This document shows, piece by piece, positions 8,706 to 18,454 of a stretch of 64,000 nt of DNA. Source of the stretch: a virus; IMG/VR virus record IMGVR_UViG_3300025840_000015, positions 52,180-116,179 of that record. One strand, 5' to 3'. A program made the position numbers and the translations under genes. How positions within the stretch are numbered: the stretch's first letter is position 1; each line of letters starts with the position of its first letter. Under the pieces are notes generated by a model that worked only from the letters and a program-made list of their open reading frames with translations, searched no databases and was not told the origin of the DNA.

Positions 8706-8916
8706 GTTTAGATTTCCTTGATTTTGTTTTAACTAATTGGTCAATTTGATTCCGATAACATAATACCAGAACATGATACTTTTGATGTATGGATGGATCC
8801 GGCATTGGCGTTGTTGAAACTTCTATCGTAATATATTCAGTTCCAACATGATAAACCCATCCCTCAATGTTTTGTTGTTCCCAGACAACATAATCATTTT
8901 CTTTTGGACTATACAT
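8683..8916 (-). CDS. conserved cyanophage hypothetical protein
   Basis: YxPxxNDYVVW...EGWVY...YITIEV. Confidence 0.65.
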   Translation of the reverse strand: MYSPKENDYVVWEQQNIEGWVYHVGTEYITIEVSTTPMPDPSIHQKYHVLVLCYRNQIDQLVKTKSRKSKHEDHERA

Positions 8917-9072
8917 CCCTCACTGCACGTAGATAATTAGGATTAATTCCACGTCCAACATATTCTGACAATAGTGCATCACATCGTTCCCGTGTTAATT
9001 GTCTTGCAGATGGATCAATTAGTTCCCATCCATTCGTATAAAGTTCTTCAATACGATAAAGAATTGTTTCAG

Positions 9073-9303
9073 TCATGTCGTAAACTCCGATACAATACCA
9101 GACTCATGATCACCATCCAAGGGATACACTAGAGCACTCTGAATACTTGGCATGATGTTATGCACATAGGTATCATCATAAGTATCTGACGACGAGAGAA
9201 TATCAAATACCTCCGAATCGTTCTCTCCAATTACGGCAACAATACCGCCATATTCAGAACTTGGAAATGGAACCCAATAATCCACCAGATAGATGTTTTT
9301 CAT
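9073..9303 (-). CDS. conserved cyanophage hypothetical protein
   Basis: YLVDYWVPFPSSEYGG. Confidence 0.7.
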   Translation of the reverse strand: MKNIYLVDYWVPFPSSEYGGIVAVIGENDSEVFDILSSSDTYDDTYVHNIMPSIQSALVYPLDGDHESGIVSEFTT

Positions 9304-9505
9304 TAGTTCAGTTAAATTACCATGTCAGTTTAGTTTAGTTTGTTTGATTTGTCAAATAATGAATTCGGACAAATAATAATCAACGGTGATCTCCAGTTTT
9401 TCCGCCTGGCGTTCATAGAACATCTTCATCTCTTGACGATCATGATAATCATCAATCTCCTGTTCGGCATGTTCCATGAAGTCCTGCCATGCACGAATGA
9501 ACATT

Positions 9506-9934
9506 TCAATTTCCTTTTGTTCCATCATTAAATTGTTTGTAAAGAACAGTTTCAAGTAGTGCCGCCTCTTTTTCATGTGGTTGATCCTCATATGAAAGAT
9601 CCTCCACACTGACCAGATTATAACACAATCTACCACGTCGGTAGGTCAGTTTACCATCAATCCATTGTGATACATGCACCATCTCATGTAACAATACCCG
9701 AACATAATCCTCGGCATCCAGATAGGTCTGAATCTCAATTAGAAAATCTCTGGGATTCTTGGATTTGGCATCAACCACATCACAATAACCCCAGACATGT
9801 TCACGCTTTAATCCACGGTGCAATACATTAATCGTCACAAAATAATCGGGATAATAAGTTTCCAAATACCATGCAATTACATTCTCACATAGTTTCTTGG
9901 AATAACCATATCCCTCATGTAAAATTAATGTCAT
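9506..9934 (-). CDS. zincin-type (HExxH) metallopeptidase-like protein
   Basis: LLHEMVHVSQW...YEDQPHEKEA. Confidence 0.7.
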   Translation of the reverse strand: MTLILHEGYGYSKKLCENVIAWYLETYYPDYFVTINVLHRGLKREHVWGYCDVVDAKSKNPRDFLIEIQTYLDAEDYVRVLLHEMVHVSQWIDGKLTYRRGRLCYNLVSVEDLSYEDQPHEKEAALLETVLYKQFNDGTKGN

Positions 9935-10025
9935 GTTAAAATGGCGAAAAACAATCGTGTCATCCAGTTCATGAAAATAAAGAAACTGGAAACAAACATA
10001 ATCTTTTCAAGTCGTGATAACATCA

Positions 10026-10280
10026 TTAGTAATAGTGCCTTCTACAGGGAACATTTTCATACCATGTTCTTACATAACCCGATCTCCATCTGTTACCGGG
10101 AATATATTCCTCCCGGCGGACTCTCTTGGTGCAATGAACATGACGATGATGATGACGATGACGTGATCTGTGATCACTATCCTCCTCTACAAATGGTTCC
10201 CAAAATTGTTGCCATGTGATGGCATTTGCCGGGGAACATAAAAGAATACCCGAAATTGCCAGGACTAATAGTTTTTCCAT
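10026..10280 (-). CDS. secreted/His-rich hypothetical protein
   Basis: signal peptide ending PANA; HRSRHRHHHRH tract. Confidence 0.6.
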   Translation of the reverse strand: MEKLLVLAISGILLCSPANAITWQQFWEPFVEEDSDHRSRHRHHHRHVHCTKRVRREEYIPGNRWRSGYVRTWYENVPCRRHYY

Positions 10281-10582
10281 TTATCATCCAAATGATCTAA
10301 ATGATTTAGTCTGGAACTGAACAGTGAAAAACATGCCCATGCAACTCCAAGTGAAATGATCAGAAAATAGATCATGCGGCATCATCCATGTGATCATCAA
10401 CCAGTGATGAATCAGGAAGATTGTTGATCCGAGACTTCATTCGATTCATCTTGGAAATCTCCCATCCGTTCATTTCTGCATCATGCACCACACCATCCAA
10501 TTGGCGGCGCTCGCTTTCCGTATGATAATGACGATAATCGTTCATGATTCATCTCCTCAGATAACATGTTCATTATAACACA

Positions 10583-11074
10583 TCATTTCTGATAAAGGTA
10601 TCCTCCAGACCAATCGGCATTTTCAAACAGATACTCACGATCTTCGATCAATCGCAAATCATAACGAACTCCCTTGGCAGGAGACTTCCATGATGCAGAC
10701 TTATAAACTTCACCGGTCTTACGATCCACAAAACAATGCACGGAACGTTGACCACCACCATCAATGAATACAATCTTGTGATATTTCTTACCGCTCACAA
10801 TCTCATAATCAATGTCACATCCACCATTCTTCAGTTCAACAATCTTATTAAGATGATACTGATACGTGGCAGAATTAGGATCCTGCTCCGGTGCGGCAGC
10901 ATTTAGAATAGAACGCTCGTGACCACGAATTGCATAATCACGATAGTTATCCTTCAGGGCATCAATCAGCATCAGAGACCACTTACGAACATTCAGTTCA
11001 ATGGTGTTCCTGGCATCCTGCTGGGATGCATATTCTGCGAAGGTTGGATTGGGAAGTGAGATCATGGTGATCAC
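10583..11074 (-). CDS. conserved cyanophage early protein
   Basis: SVHCFVDRKTGEVYKSASWKSPAKGVRY...ADWSGGYLY; own TATAAT promoter and early motif. Confidence 0.75.
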   Translation of the reverse strand: MITMISLPNPTFAEYASQQDARNTIELNVRKWSLMLIDALKDNYRDYAIRGHERSILNAAAPEQDPNSATYQYHLNKIVELKNGGCDIDYEIVSGKKYHKIVFIDGGGQRSVHCFVDRKTGEVYKSASWKSPAKGVRYDLRLIEDREYLFENADWSGGYLYQK

Positions 11075-11150
11075 CCTTGATTACCTCCATATTATAAGGA
11101 CTCACAAGGCGCTTCGGCAATGCCGTTGTGACAGTTCTTCATGTGGACAC

Positions 11151-11185
11151 TAAAAAGCGCCCTGAAGAGTCTCAGAGCGCTTTTT
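11151..11185. terminator. intrinsic terminator, potentially bidirectional
   Basis: aaaaagcgc...gcgcttttt inverted repeat. Confidence 0.6.
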
Positions 11186-12064
11186 GTGGAAGGATTAGCG
11201 AGCATATCTACATTTTGGATTCTCCATCTGTTCGGCACAAATAGAATCATATGCATCCAACATCTTCATATCTCTATTTGAGAGAAATGAATTATACATC
11301 AAAATACCAATTACGGCAAGAAAAATGTAAGAGGTTTTCATTTTCAATCAATGTCGGTGTAAAGAAACTTGTTATCTGGAAAAATACCCATTTCTTCGCA
11401 TCGCACTTCATAGGCAATTCGCTTTAGCAACTGCAAATCATAATTTTCAATGCTTTTAATCATGGTGCGACGAATCTGGGCAGTTTGAGTGTCGTCTTTC
11501 ATGGTTCAGAGAGATTCGATGATGGCGCGACGTGCTTGCATCGCGGTAAATTGATTGGGGAAAGTTGCGATCTTGGTGAAATCGTCTCTCCAGTATAGTG
11601 CCCATTTGGAGGTTCCCAGCATTGCTTGAACCTTGATGGGATTGTCGATTCCCAGTGGATAGGGTTTCATGGGGTTGCCTCCCTTGATTTCCTAATAATA
11701 CATGATCCATGCCATGCCACAACCACCAATGGACCAGTCCAAAAACTGGCACAAAAAAAGGAAGACTCTCGCCTTCCTCTGATAATGATTTCAGTAAAGA
11801 ATTACCGATTATGCAACTCTTTAAGAGACCGAACATAGAATTCCGTAAACCTTTCCATTCTTGTTGGACAAACAGTGCTTGGATCAAAATTGATGGCATT
11901 TTTAAGTGCCATCATCTCAATCATTTCATCATCCGTTAATTGACCTGCTTTTATAGGAAGAGACATGGTGGAATGCCCGATTGTGTTGAAATCATAACAT
12001 TAGTTATGCATAATGGACTGTTTCTTAATAATCATTTAATTATATTGTTACAGTCCTTAATAAT

Positions 12065-12331
12065 TTATACAACTACCCCTATTTTTGAATTGTAATACTT
12101 ATTGATCACTCTGGTTACAAACTCATAACACTTTATATCACAAAAACCATAATCATGGCAATTGTCTTCAAGATATGCATATATCTTCTCCTGTGCTCTT
12201 ACAGGAGAAGTAGTTGTATTGAATACTTCTAAAATATATTCGTTTATTTCTTTTATAGTTAAGTTAGAAACATCGCGTGAACACTGCCACTCCTCTCTGG
12301 CAATTAGAATCTTATTTTTGGAAATGATCAT
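12065..12331 (-). CDS. hypothetical protein
   Basis: ORF track. Confidence 0.6.
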   Translation of the reverse strand: MIISKNKILIAREEWQCSRDVSNLTIKEINEYILEVFNTTTSPVRAQEKIYAYLEDNCHDYGFCDIKCYEFVTRVINKYYNSKIGVVV

Positions 12332-12370
12332 GACTGTAATATATCTTTAAAATTATATATTTAATTGCAA

Positions 12371-12982
12371 TCAATTATTAAAAAGATTCATAAAAATACC
12401 ATCAGCACAATACATCCAACCTGTAGAAATATATTTTGTATTGGAAATTGGAGGAAGTCCTTGATGATGATATTCCCAAGTTGCCGGAAACAACAATATT
12501 TTTCCTTCTTTTGGTTTTACTGACTTTCCATTAATAAATTGAGTTTTTCCTCCTTCATAAACATCATTCAAATACCAAATATAGGTTAAAAATCTCCATC
12601 CCGGCGCTTCAGTAGCAGAATCATGATGTATTTTATAAAATTCATTAACTTTTGTTCTCTGTATCTGATATCCACTATCAGATTGCATTCCATAATCTGG
12701 AACTTTAAAATTGGGATTTAGTGATTTTACTTTATCTCTATACTCTCCAACAGCATCTAGTAAAGAATTATAAAAAATCTCATCTTCTTCTTCCCAACCA
12801 TCAAGATTAGTAATTAAAAGATCCCATGATCTTTTAATATCAAGATCTACTCCTTTACCTGTAAGTCCTTGAAATTTACGTTCATCCTTTTCAAATTTAT
12901 CAATTACATGTGAACAAAAATCAGAATCAAGTGAATTTTTTTTCGTAAAAATAAGTTCAGAGAAATAATCAATTTTACTCAT
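12371..12982 (-). CDS. 2OG-Fe(II) oxygenase (prolyl-4-hydroxylase-like)
   Basis: HHD...LTYIWYLNDVYEGGKT...FPATWEYHHQG...KYISTGW. Confidence 0.9.
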   Translation of the reverse strand: MSKIDYFSELIFTKKNSLDSDFCSHVIDKFEKDERKFQGLTGKGVDLDIKRSWDLLITNLDGWEEEDEIFYNSLLDAVGEYRDKVKSLNPNFKVPDYGMQSDSGYQIQRTKVNEFYKIHHDSATEAPGWRFLTYIWYLNDVYEGGKTQFINGKSVKPKEGKILLFPATWEYHHQGLPPISNTKYISTGWMYCADGIFMNLFNN

Positions 12983-13197
12983 AATTTACCATCAACTGTT
13001 CCACTATATGATGATGAATCTCCCCAACCATCTTGTTTTGCCTTAAGATAAAATCTTGTTGCTTTAACACAGTTTTCTTTCTTAAGAGATGTTAGTATTG
13101 GATTTCCTTCTTTATCGTATGAGTTCCACATTTTCCAACGTGATTCTTCCACGTAAAATGCACCATCATCAAAGTATTCTTTTAGATCATCCATCAT
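12979..13197 (-). CDS. conserved cyanophage hypothetical protein
   Basis: DDGAFYVE..RW...TRFYLK...YSGTVDGKL. Confidence 0.7.
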   Translation of the reverse strand: MMDDLKEYFDDGAFYVEESRWKMWNSYDKEGNPILTSLKKENCVKATRFYLKAKQDGWGDSSSYSGTVDGKL

Positions 13198-13658
13198 TTA
13201 TGCTCCCAAAAATCATCCCATTCTTTCTTGGTAGTGATATCTAATTTAGCACGTTGATTGTAGTATTCTGCTTCACGAAGATTATACTCTTGACACTGTT
13301 GTTTTTCCTGATCCGATGCTGCTTTATCGCACATTGCATTCAGTTCTTCTTCAGTATAATTAAAGTGCGTAATGTTACTATCAGAACATGTAATACCTCC
13401 AGTTAAATTATCAGAAGGTCCATTAATAAATGCCAAAACTGCTGCTGCTTTATCTTGTTTTTGCTTATGATAATCTTTCCATTCTTTTACAGCTTCATTT
13501 AGATCATAAACAAATGTCAAAAAAGAATAGTTATCATCATCAAGATACTCTCCAACTATATCAGCAAGACGATCCTTTATTTGTTGATGATGCAAATCAA
13601 TTTCCTTTTTCATTGAGTTTCTCCTCAAGTTCATCAATTCTAACATAAAGATCTTCAA
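13194..13658 (-). CDS. hypothetical protein
   Basis: ORF track; start uncertain. Confidence 0.55.
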   Translation of the reverse strand: MKIFMLELMNLRRNSMKKEIDLHHQQIKDRLADIVGEYLDDDNYSFLTFVYDLNEAVKEWKDYHKQKQDKAAAVLAFINGPSDNLTGGITCSDSNITHFNYTEEELNAMCDKAASDQEKQQCQEYNLREAEYYNQRAKLDITTKKEWDDFWEHK

Positions 13659-14049
13659 TTAGCGAAGTAAGGTTGTAGAAGTTGACTTTACCAACCTCAT
13701 AGTATCCATTATCTGCTGTAACTTCACTGAAGATTTGTCTCCATTGTGGTGTTCTTTCAGTCATTACAAGTGCCCATAGTTTTGTTGATAATAAAGAAAT
13801 CTTTGCATTGATGGTTTAACATTTAAACTTTCACAACATCTCAAATATGAAATGAATTCATACCAAGGTGCTGTAGGATCTGTGTCACTCATTATTTCAA
13901 CCTTTGAGATTCTAAACCTGTTACTTCTACTCCTCTGGAGATCATTTTCATCATTGCTTGTTGGGCAGTTTGTAATTCAAAATAAACTGCCCATTTTTGC
14001 TCATCCATGTATTTGTAACCTACTTTAGAAAATTCAACAGGAGATTTCA

Positions 14050-14277
14050 TCAATCGTCGTAAATTTTACATTCAAGTGCATTTGGATTTGCATCACAATA
14101 CAATTCTAGTGGAGTTGGATCATGAGTATCATCTGGATGATTCAACTTATATGCTTCAAGTTGTTCCAGTTCAGACTCAATGTGACGGCGACGTTGTGCA
14201 GAAATGTTAGGATTCTCCAGTTCATCCTTGTCCATTTCAATGTGTTTGTTGATATTTTCCATTGTTTGTATCGACAT
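14050..14277 (-). CDS. cp12: CP12 Calvin-cycle inhibitor (phage type)
   Basis: C-terminal DPTPLELYCDANPNALECKIYDD; N-terminus IxKHIExD...ISxQRRRHIE. Confidence 0.9.
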   Translation of the reverse strand: MSIQTMENINKHIEMDKDELENPNISAQRRRHIESELEQLEAYKLNHPDDTHDPTPLELYCDANPNALECKIYDD

Positions 14278-14282
14278 AATAC

Positions 14283-14507
14283 TTATTTATTAAAAAACAT
14301 ACCAAAATTGCCACTATCTCCCTTTTTTCTAGACTCAAGTTTATCTAGAATATCATCAGTTGATCTGAGAGTTTCAATTTCAAAAATTAGTTTTGATAGT
14401 GTTGTGCATATTATAGGACGTTCTTGTCTTGCTGCAAATGCAAGAGCATTTCTGAGAGATGCTTCTGCTTCTTTCAAAGAATCATCTACAGTTTTACTAA
14501 TTGCCAT
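14283..14507 (-). CDS. conserved cyanophage hypothetical protein
   Basis: SLKEAEASLRNALAFAARQERP. Confidence 0.7.
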   Translation of the reverse strand: MAISKTVDDSLKEAEASLRNALAFAARQERPIICTTLSKLIFEIETLRSTDDILDKLESRKKGDSGNFGMFFNK

Positions 14508-14629
14508 TTCAATTTCTCCAGTTTTTAATTTCTTCTTGAATGATGAGTTTCAGTTCTTCATCTGACATTTCATTCATCCATGACCACATTGGATCTTCTC
14601 GATCCCAATCAAAAGTAAATGATCCATCA

Positions 14630-14986
14630 TCATTCAATGTTATCTTTAGACTGTTTTTCACGCTTTCTGACTGATTTTAGTGATTTAAGTTCAATTTTGA
14701 TATTTTGATATGCTGTTTCAGCATCAATCTTACCACCAAGTTCCATGGCGCAAATCATATCGACTCTTGTCCCAAAATGTGCAAGTGCTCTTTCAAAATT
14801 GTCTAGATCTTCATACATACTGATTACAGGATTAACTTCATTATACAGAATATCTATACGTGAATCAAGTGAGTTTTCAAGACGATACAATTCATTGGTT
14901 GTTCCAACATTTTCCTCCTCAAGAATTTCTACTCTCCTTTCAAGTTGTGTTAATTTATTTCTCCAGAGAGATTTCCATTTTATCAT
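14630..14986 (-). CDS. conserved hypothetical protein
   Basis: LEEENVGTTNELY and FERALAHFGTRVDMICAMELGGKI..E.AY motifs. Confidence 0.65.
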   Translation of the reverse strand: MIKWKSLWRNKLTQLERRVEILEEENVGTTNELYRLENSLDSRIDILYNEVNPVISMYEDLDNFERALAHFGTRVDMICAMELGGKIDAETAYQNIKIELKSLKSVRKREKQSKDNIE

Positions 14987-15006
14987 AGCACTTTAAATCC
15001 AATAGG

Positions 15007-15192
15007 TCAAGTTGTTTTGTTTGATATCTTATACTGATTCTTCCTAAGTTTTAATGACTTAATATACTTTTGCCTGTGTTCCTCACATTGAAAGTAACAT
15101 GTCTTTTCATTTCCATGATCATTAAATACCAACTTCCATGTCATTGATGGATATGGAAACTTATCTTCTTTTGCTTTTCTAGTCATTTTCAA
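15007..15192 (-). CDS. hypothetical protein
   Basis: ORF track; CYFQCEEH motif. Confidence 0.6.
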   Translation of the reverse strand: MKMTRKAKEDKFPYPSMTWKLVFNDHGNEKTCYFQCEEHRQKYIKSLKLRKNQYKISNKTT

Positions 15193-15287
15193 GGTCCTTT
15201 AAATAATCAATCCACCATTGAGGATCTTTGGTTTTTTTCCAATTAGGAACTTCCATTCCTTTCTCAGAATAATATTCAAACAGAGCA

Positions 15288-15515
15288 CTATCTATAATCT
15301 GTGCGGTCTCCATATTCTTCTTCCTCCTCATCAACGTCAGCATATGGATTTTCCACATAGGGTCCTCTTCTTCGTAAAGGTTCTTTTCTGACATAGGACT
15401 GTTCTTGATTGACTGCAGCAATCCATACACTGAGTTTCATTATAATCCATATGATTGCTATTGGAAAAAAACAGGAAAGAAGAATTAATGTTTTCATCCG
15501 TCCAACTCCCAACAC
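15288..15515 (-). CDS. small membrane protein
   Basis: N-terminal hydrophobic helix with acidic tail. Confidence 0.6.
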   Translation of the reverse strand: MLGVGRMKTLILLSCFFPIAIIWIIMKLSVWIAAVNQEQSYVRKEPLRRRGPYVENPYADVDEEEEEYGDRTDYR

Positions 15516-15694
15516 TTGTTAAATCTATCTCTTAATTGATTTAGTTTAACTTTTTCTTGATATTCTAAAATGTAACCATTTATTAACTTTTCTTGTTCAG
15601 TAAGTGAAATACGATGTCTGAGTTTAATGTCAATCAAATGAACCATATCCATGTAGAATTCATTTCCTTTTGCAATAAACTCATCGTAGTTCAT
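15494..15694 (-). CDS. hypothetical protein
   Basis: ORF track. Confidence 0.6.
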   Translation of the reverse strand: MNYDEFIAKGNEFYMDMVHLIDIKLRHRISLTEQEKLINGYILEYQEKVKLNQLRDRFNKCWELDG

Positions 15695-15990
15695 ATGATC
15701 TCTCTATTTTGAAAATATTGAAGAGTTTCTTTTAGACTTCCAATATGCTCATGATTGATTGTAATCTGAGGATATTCTGCATCTTTACCAAACTCTGCAC
15801 GAAACTGACGATCACTAAAGTGAACACCAAGTTCATATTCAAGATATTCTCCACCTAAACTCTTGAGTAACATACGAATTCTCTCACATTCCTGACTACC
15901 GTCAGTATAAAGAATTGCACTAATCTTTTTATCAGTCACGTTGCCTCCAATCATCTGGTCTTTCTTGACTAAACCATTCAGCAATTTCAT
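15691..15990 (-). CDS. glutaredoxin-like protein (SQEC, single Cys)
   Basis: ILYTDGSQECER...FRAEFG..AEYPQI....HIGSL. Confidence 0.75.
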   Translation of the reverse strand: MKLLNGLVKKDQMIGGNVTDKKISAILYTDGSQECERIRMLLKSLGGEYLEYELGVHFSDRQFRAEFGKDAEYPQITINHEHIGSLKETLQYFQNREII

Positions 15991-16249
15991 CTGCAGATTT
16001 GAAACCAGTTTTATGGTTAGATGGATCTGGATCTCCCAGACCCATCTTATTCATAAAATCATCCAAATCTCCCTCAACCATATCAGGATTAGATGCAGTT
16101 CTCCTTGCTTTATTCAACCATTCTCTTGCAGTTGTATTTGACTTGGCAAGTTTTTCTGCCCAAATCATTTCATCTAGAGAAACTTCTTCTTGATTTACAA
16201 TTTTATTACAAATTGCTTCAAGTTGAAGTCTATATTTCGTGGATAACAT
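15932..16249 (-). CDS. conserved cyanophage hypothetical protein
   Basis: MLSTKYRL...DDFMNKMGLGDPDPSNH...DWRQRD. Confidence 0.75.
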   Translation of the reverse strand: MLSTKYRLQLEAICNKIVNQEEVSLDEMIWAEKLAKSNTTAREWLNKARRTASNPDMVEGDLDDFMNKMGLGDPDPSNHKTGFKSADEIAEWFSQERPDDWRQRD

Positions 16250-16268
16250 AATTCTTCTCTTGTTAAAT

Positions 16269-16544
16269 TTATTTATTTTGATATTCTTTCATAATTTCTT
16301 CTGCCATTTTAATTGATCTCCTCCAAATAATATATTTGACAATTGGATTCTTTGGATTGTTTAAAATCCACCAAATATGCTTTTTAAAGTAGAAACTAAT
16401 TATCTTACTGGTGTAAGTTACAAAAGATGCTACACTATTATCAGTAACAATTAAGTAAAGAAATATACTAAAAGTAAAATAACAAAAATAAATGTAATTG
16501 CTATTCATCTGTTCCCCCATATAATCCGACTTCTTCCTCATCAA
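16269..16544 (-). CDS. hypothetical membrane protein
   Basis: ORF track. Confidence 0.55.
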   Translation of the reverse strand: MMRKKSDYMGEQMNSNYIYFCYFTFSIFLYLIVTDNSVASFVTYTSKIISFYFKKHIWWILNNPKNPIVKYIIWRRSIKMAEEIMKEYQNK

Positions 16545-16710
16545 TATTGTAAAGATATTCCAATACTTCTTTTCTCAAATCCATCAATTCTTGAAAACAT
16601 CCTTGAGAGTATGCACATTGCCTAAGTTCAGAGTCTGGTTTTAACACGCTTTCAATGAAAAGTGCTCTTGCAAGAGATTTCTTTTGTTTTTTGTCCATGT
16701 TGGAAATCAT
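16501..16710 (-). CDS. conserved hypothetical protein
   Basis: LFIESVLKPDSELRQCA. Confidence 0.65.
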   Translation of the reverse strand: MISNMDKKQKKSLARALFIESVLKPDSELRQCAYSQGCFQELMDLRKEVLEYLYNIDEEEVGLYGGTDE

Positions 16711-16937
16711 CCTTTAGATTTGGATTTGAGTTGTTTTTTGATGTAAGAAACTGCCGATGGATAATTCTTAGCAGTATGCCACTGCTTACCATTATGTAGG
16801 ATAATGAACTTTTTTGATCCACCGATACTTAATGCAACCCATTCTCCATTTTTGGTAATGTATCCGTTAGGATACCCAGGAATAGGATCCAAAAGAGTTT
16901 CGTTTTGAACGTGCCAACCATCCATATCAATAAACAA
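16707..16937 (-). CDS. hypothetical protein
   Basis: ORF track. Confidence 0.6.
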   Translation of the reverse strand: MFIDMDGWHVQNETLLDPIPGYPNGYITKNGEWVALSIGGSKKFIILHNGKQWHTAKNYPSAVSYIKKQLKSKSKG

Positions 16938-17078
16938 TAGTAGAGGACATTACCCGTGCATTTGGGTATTGAGAAAGAGCAACGCGAATCGCTTCATCAC
17001 GATTTCGAGCATAACACTCCACGTAAAAGGTTTGACCGCTAACCATGCACATGACACGATGCCTCATGATTCAAATCC

Positions 17079-18305
17079 TCACTTGTTGATTGTAGAGATG
17101 ATGGGTTCGCCATGGACAAAGATGGTATCAGACACTGCCTGAACCCTCCTTGCTGTCCCGATCCCAGTGTTATTATACACCGGAACATGGACGAAACCAT
17201 AGGGTTTTACAAATTCTTCACTTTTGTCTGGAGTCAAGGAACCTTCTGAGAGGCGCCTAGAATCGTCTGGATGAAGGCGGATTACCCTACCAATGGTTTG
17301 TGCCATGGCAATGTAATCAAGGTTCCTCATGAGGATACAGGATGTCAATCCAGGGCAATCAATACCCTCTGAAAGAATACTGTAATGAAGAACAACAAAC
17401 TTCCTACCGTTTTCTTTGCCATAAGACTTCAATGTATCGAAGAATACATCACGATCTACTTTATTTCCATTGATAAATGCGCCATACTTTGCAGTAATCC
17501 AGAACAAATCATATCCAAAAGACTGAATCTCTTTCATGAAATCAGTCTCTGCAAGCATACGAATCAAAACCTTAGTATTTGGTGCTGCTACAAGAACCTT
17601 ATCCATATTGTCTTCATTGACAATTGTATCAAGAAGAGTCATACAATCACGTTCTGCACCGAACTCCTTGTCCCTAACAGAATTGATGGTATGAGTCTTA
17701 ATCTTTGGCGAAACAATATGTCCCTTAGAAACCATCTCTGGTGCAGATACATTCACAATAATCTGACCATAAACATCACTACGATTCATTCCTGGTTTAT
17801 TTGCCTTCAAAGAATACTTTGGTGTTGCAGTGTATGAATAGAAACGATCACAAGACTTGGAAAGTTGCTCAACTGCAGGAAAGAAATTCTTCTGGATAGA
17901 ATTATGTGCTTCATCAATATGTGCAGTATCTACCTTGATACCAGACTCAATAATACGATGAAGAGAATGATATGTGGTAAAGATCAGTTTATGACCTTCT
18001 GTTTTATCAAACCAGTTCTTGATTACTTTTGGATTTGTTGAAGACTTATGCTTAGTCTCTCCACTATGGCAATGAAATACCGAAGCATTGGTAATAAACT
18101 CCAAATACTCATTAGAAAGTTGATTTGCAAGCATCAACCTAGGAGCAACCACAACAACAGTTTGTGATTCTTCCTTCTTGAACTCACGAATAGTGTCATA
18201 AACACCAATAAGAGTCTTACCTGCACCAGTCACAGCGCAAATGATTCCCTTATGGTAGACAGTCATTTTATTGGTAGCATCAGTCTGATGATCACGGAGA
18301 ATCAT
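17079..18305 (-). CDS. SF2 (ResIII/DEAH-like) helicase
   Basis: LRDHQ Q-motif, TGAGKT, IDEAH, TATP, LSEGID, QTIGRVIR; start trimmed to MILRDHQ because a TGCTATAAT box overlaps the longer start. Confidence 0.9.
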   Translation of the reverse strand: MILRDHQTDATNKMTVYHKGIICAVTGAGKTLIGVYDTIREFKKEESQTVVVVAPRLMLANQLSNEYLEFITNASVFHCHSGETKHKSSTNPKVIKNWFDKTEGHKLIFTTYHSLHRIIESGIKVDTAHIDEAHNSIQKNFFPAVEQLSKSCDRFYSYTATPKYSLKANKPGMNRSDVYGQIIVNVSAPEMVSKGHIVSPKIKTHTINSVRDKEFGAERDCMTLLDTIVNEDNMDKVLVAAPNTKVLIRMLAETDFMKEIQSFGYDLFWITAKYGAFINGNKVDRDVFFDTLKSYGKENGRKFVVLHYSILSEGIDCPGLTSCILMRNLDYIAMAQTIGRVIRLHPDDSRRLSEGSLTPDKSEEFVKPYGFVHVPVYNNTGIGTARRVQAVSDTIFVHGEPIISTINK

Positions 18306-18341
18306 GGTGGTAATTGGATCAACTGAAGACATTATAGCAAT

Positions 18342-18417
18342 AAAAAAGGATACCGTGTGGTATCCTGTGACACTTATTAAACTGTCTTAAAGCTATTATT
18401 TCTCTTCAACCGGGACA
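18342..18417 (-). ncRNA. candidate ORF-free sRNA between a sigma70 promoter and a terminator
   Basis: TTGACA(18451-18446)-N17-TAGACT(18428-18423); AGGATACC/GGTATCCT hairpin + U-tract at 18366-18342. Confidence 0.4.
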
Positions 18418-18454
18418 AACCTAGTCTATAGAGGTTTTAACGATCTGTCAAGTC

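Noticed and set aside
17079-18332. Restriction-modification system
   Set aside because: Helicase lacks a recognisable nuclease domain and no methyltransferase is adjacent
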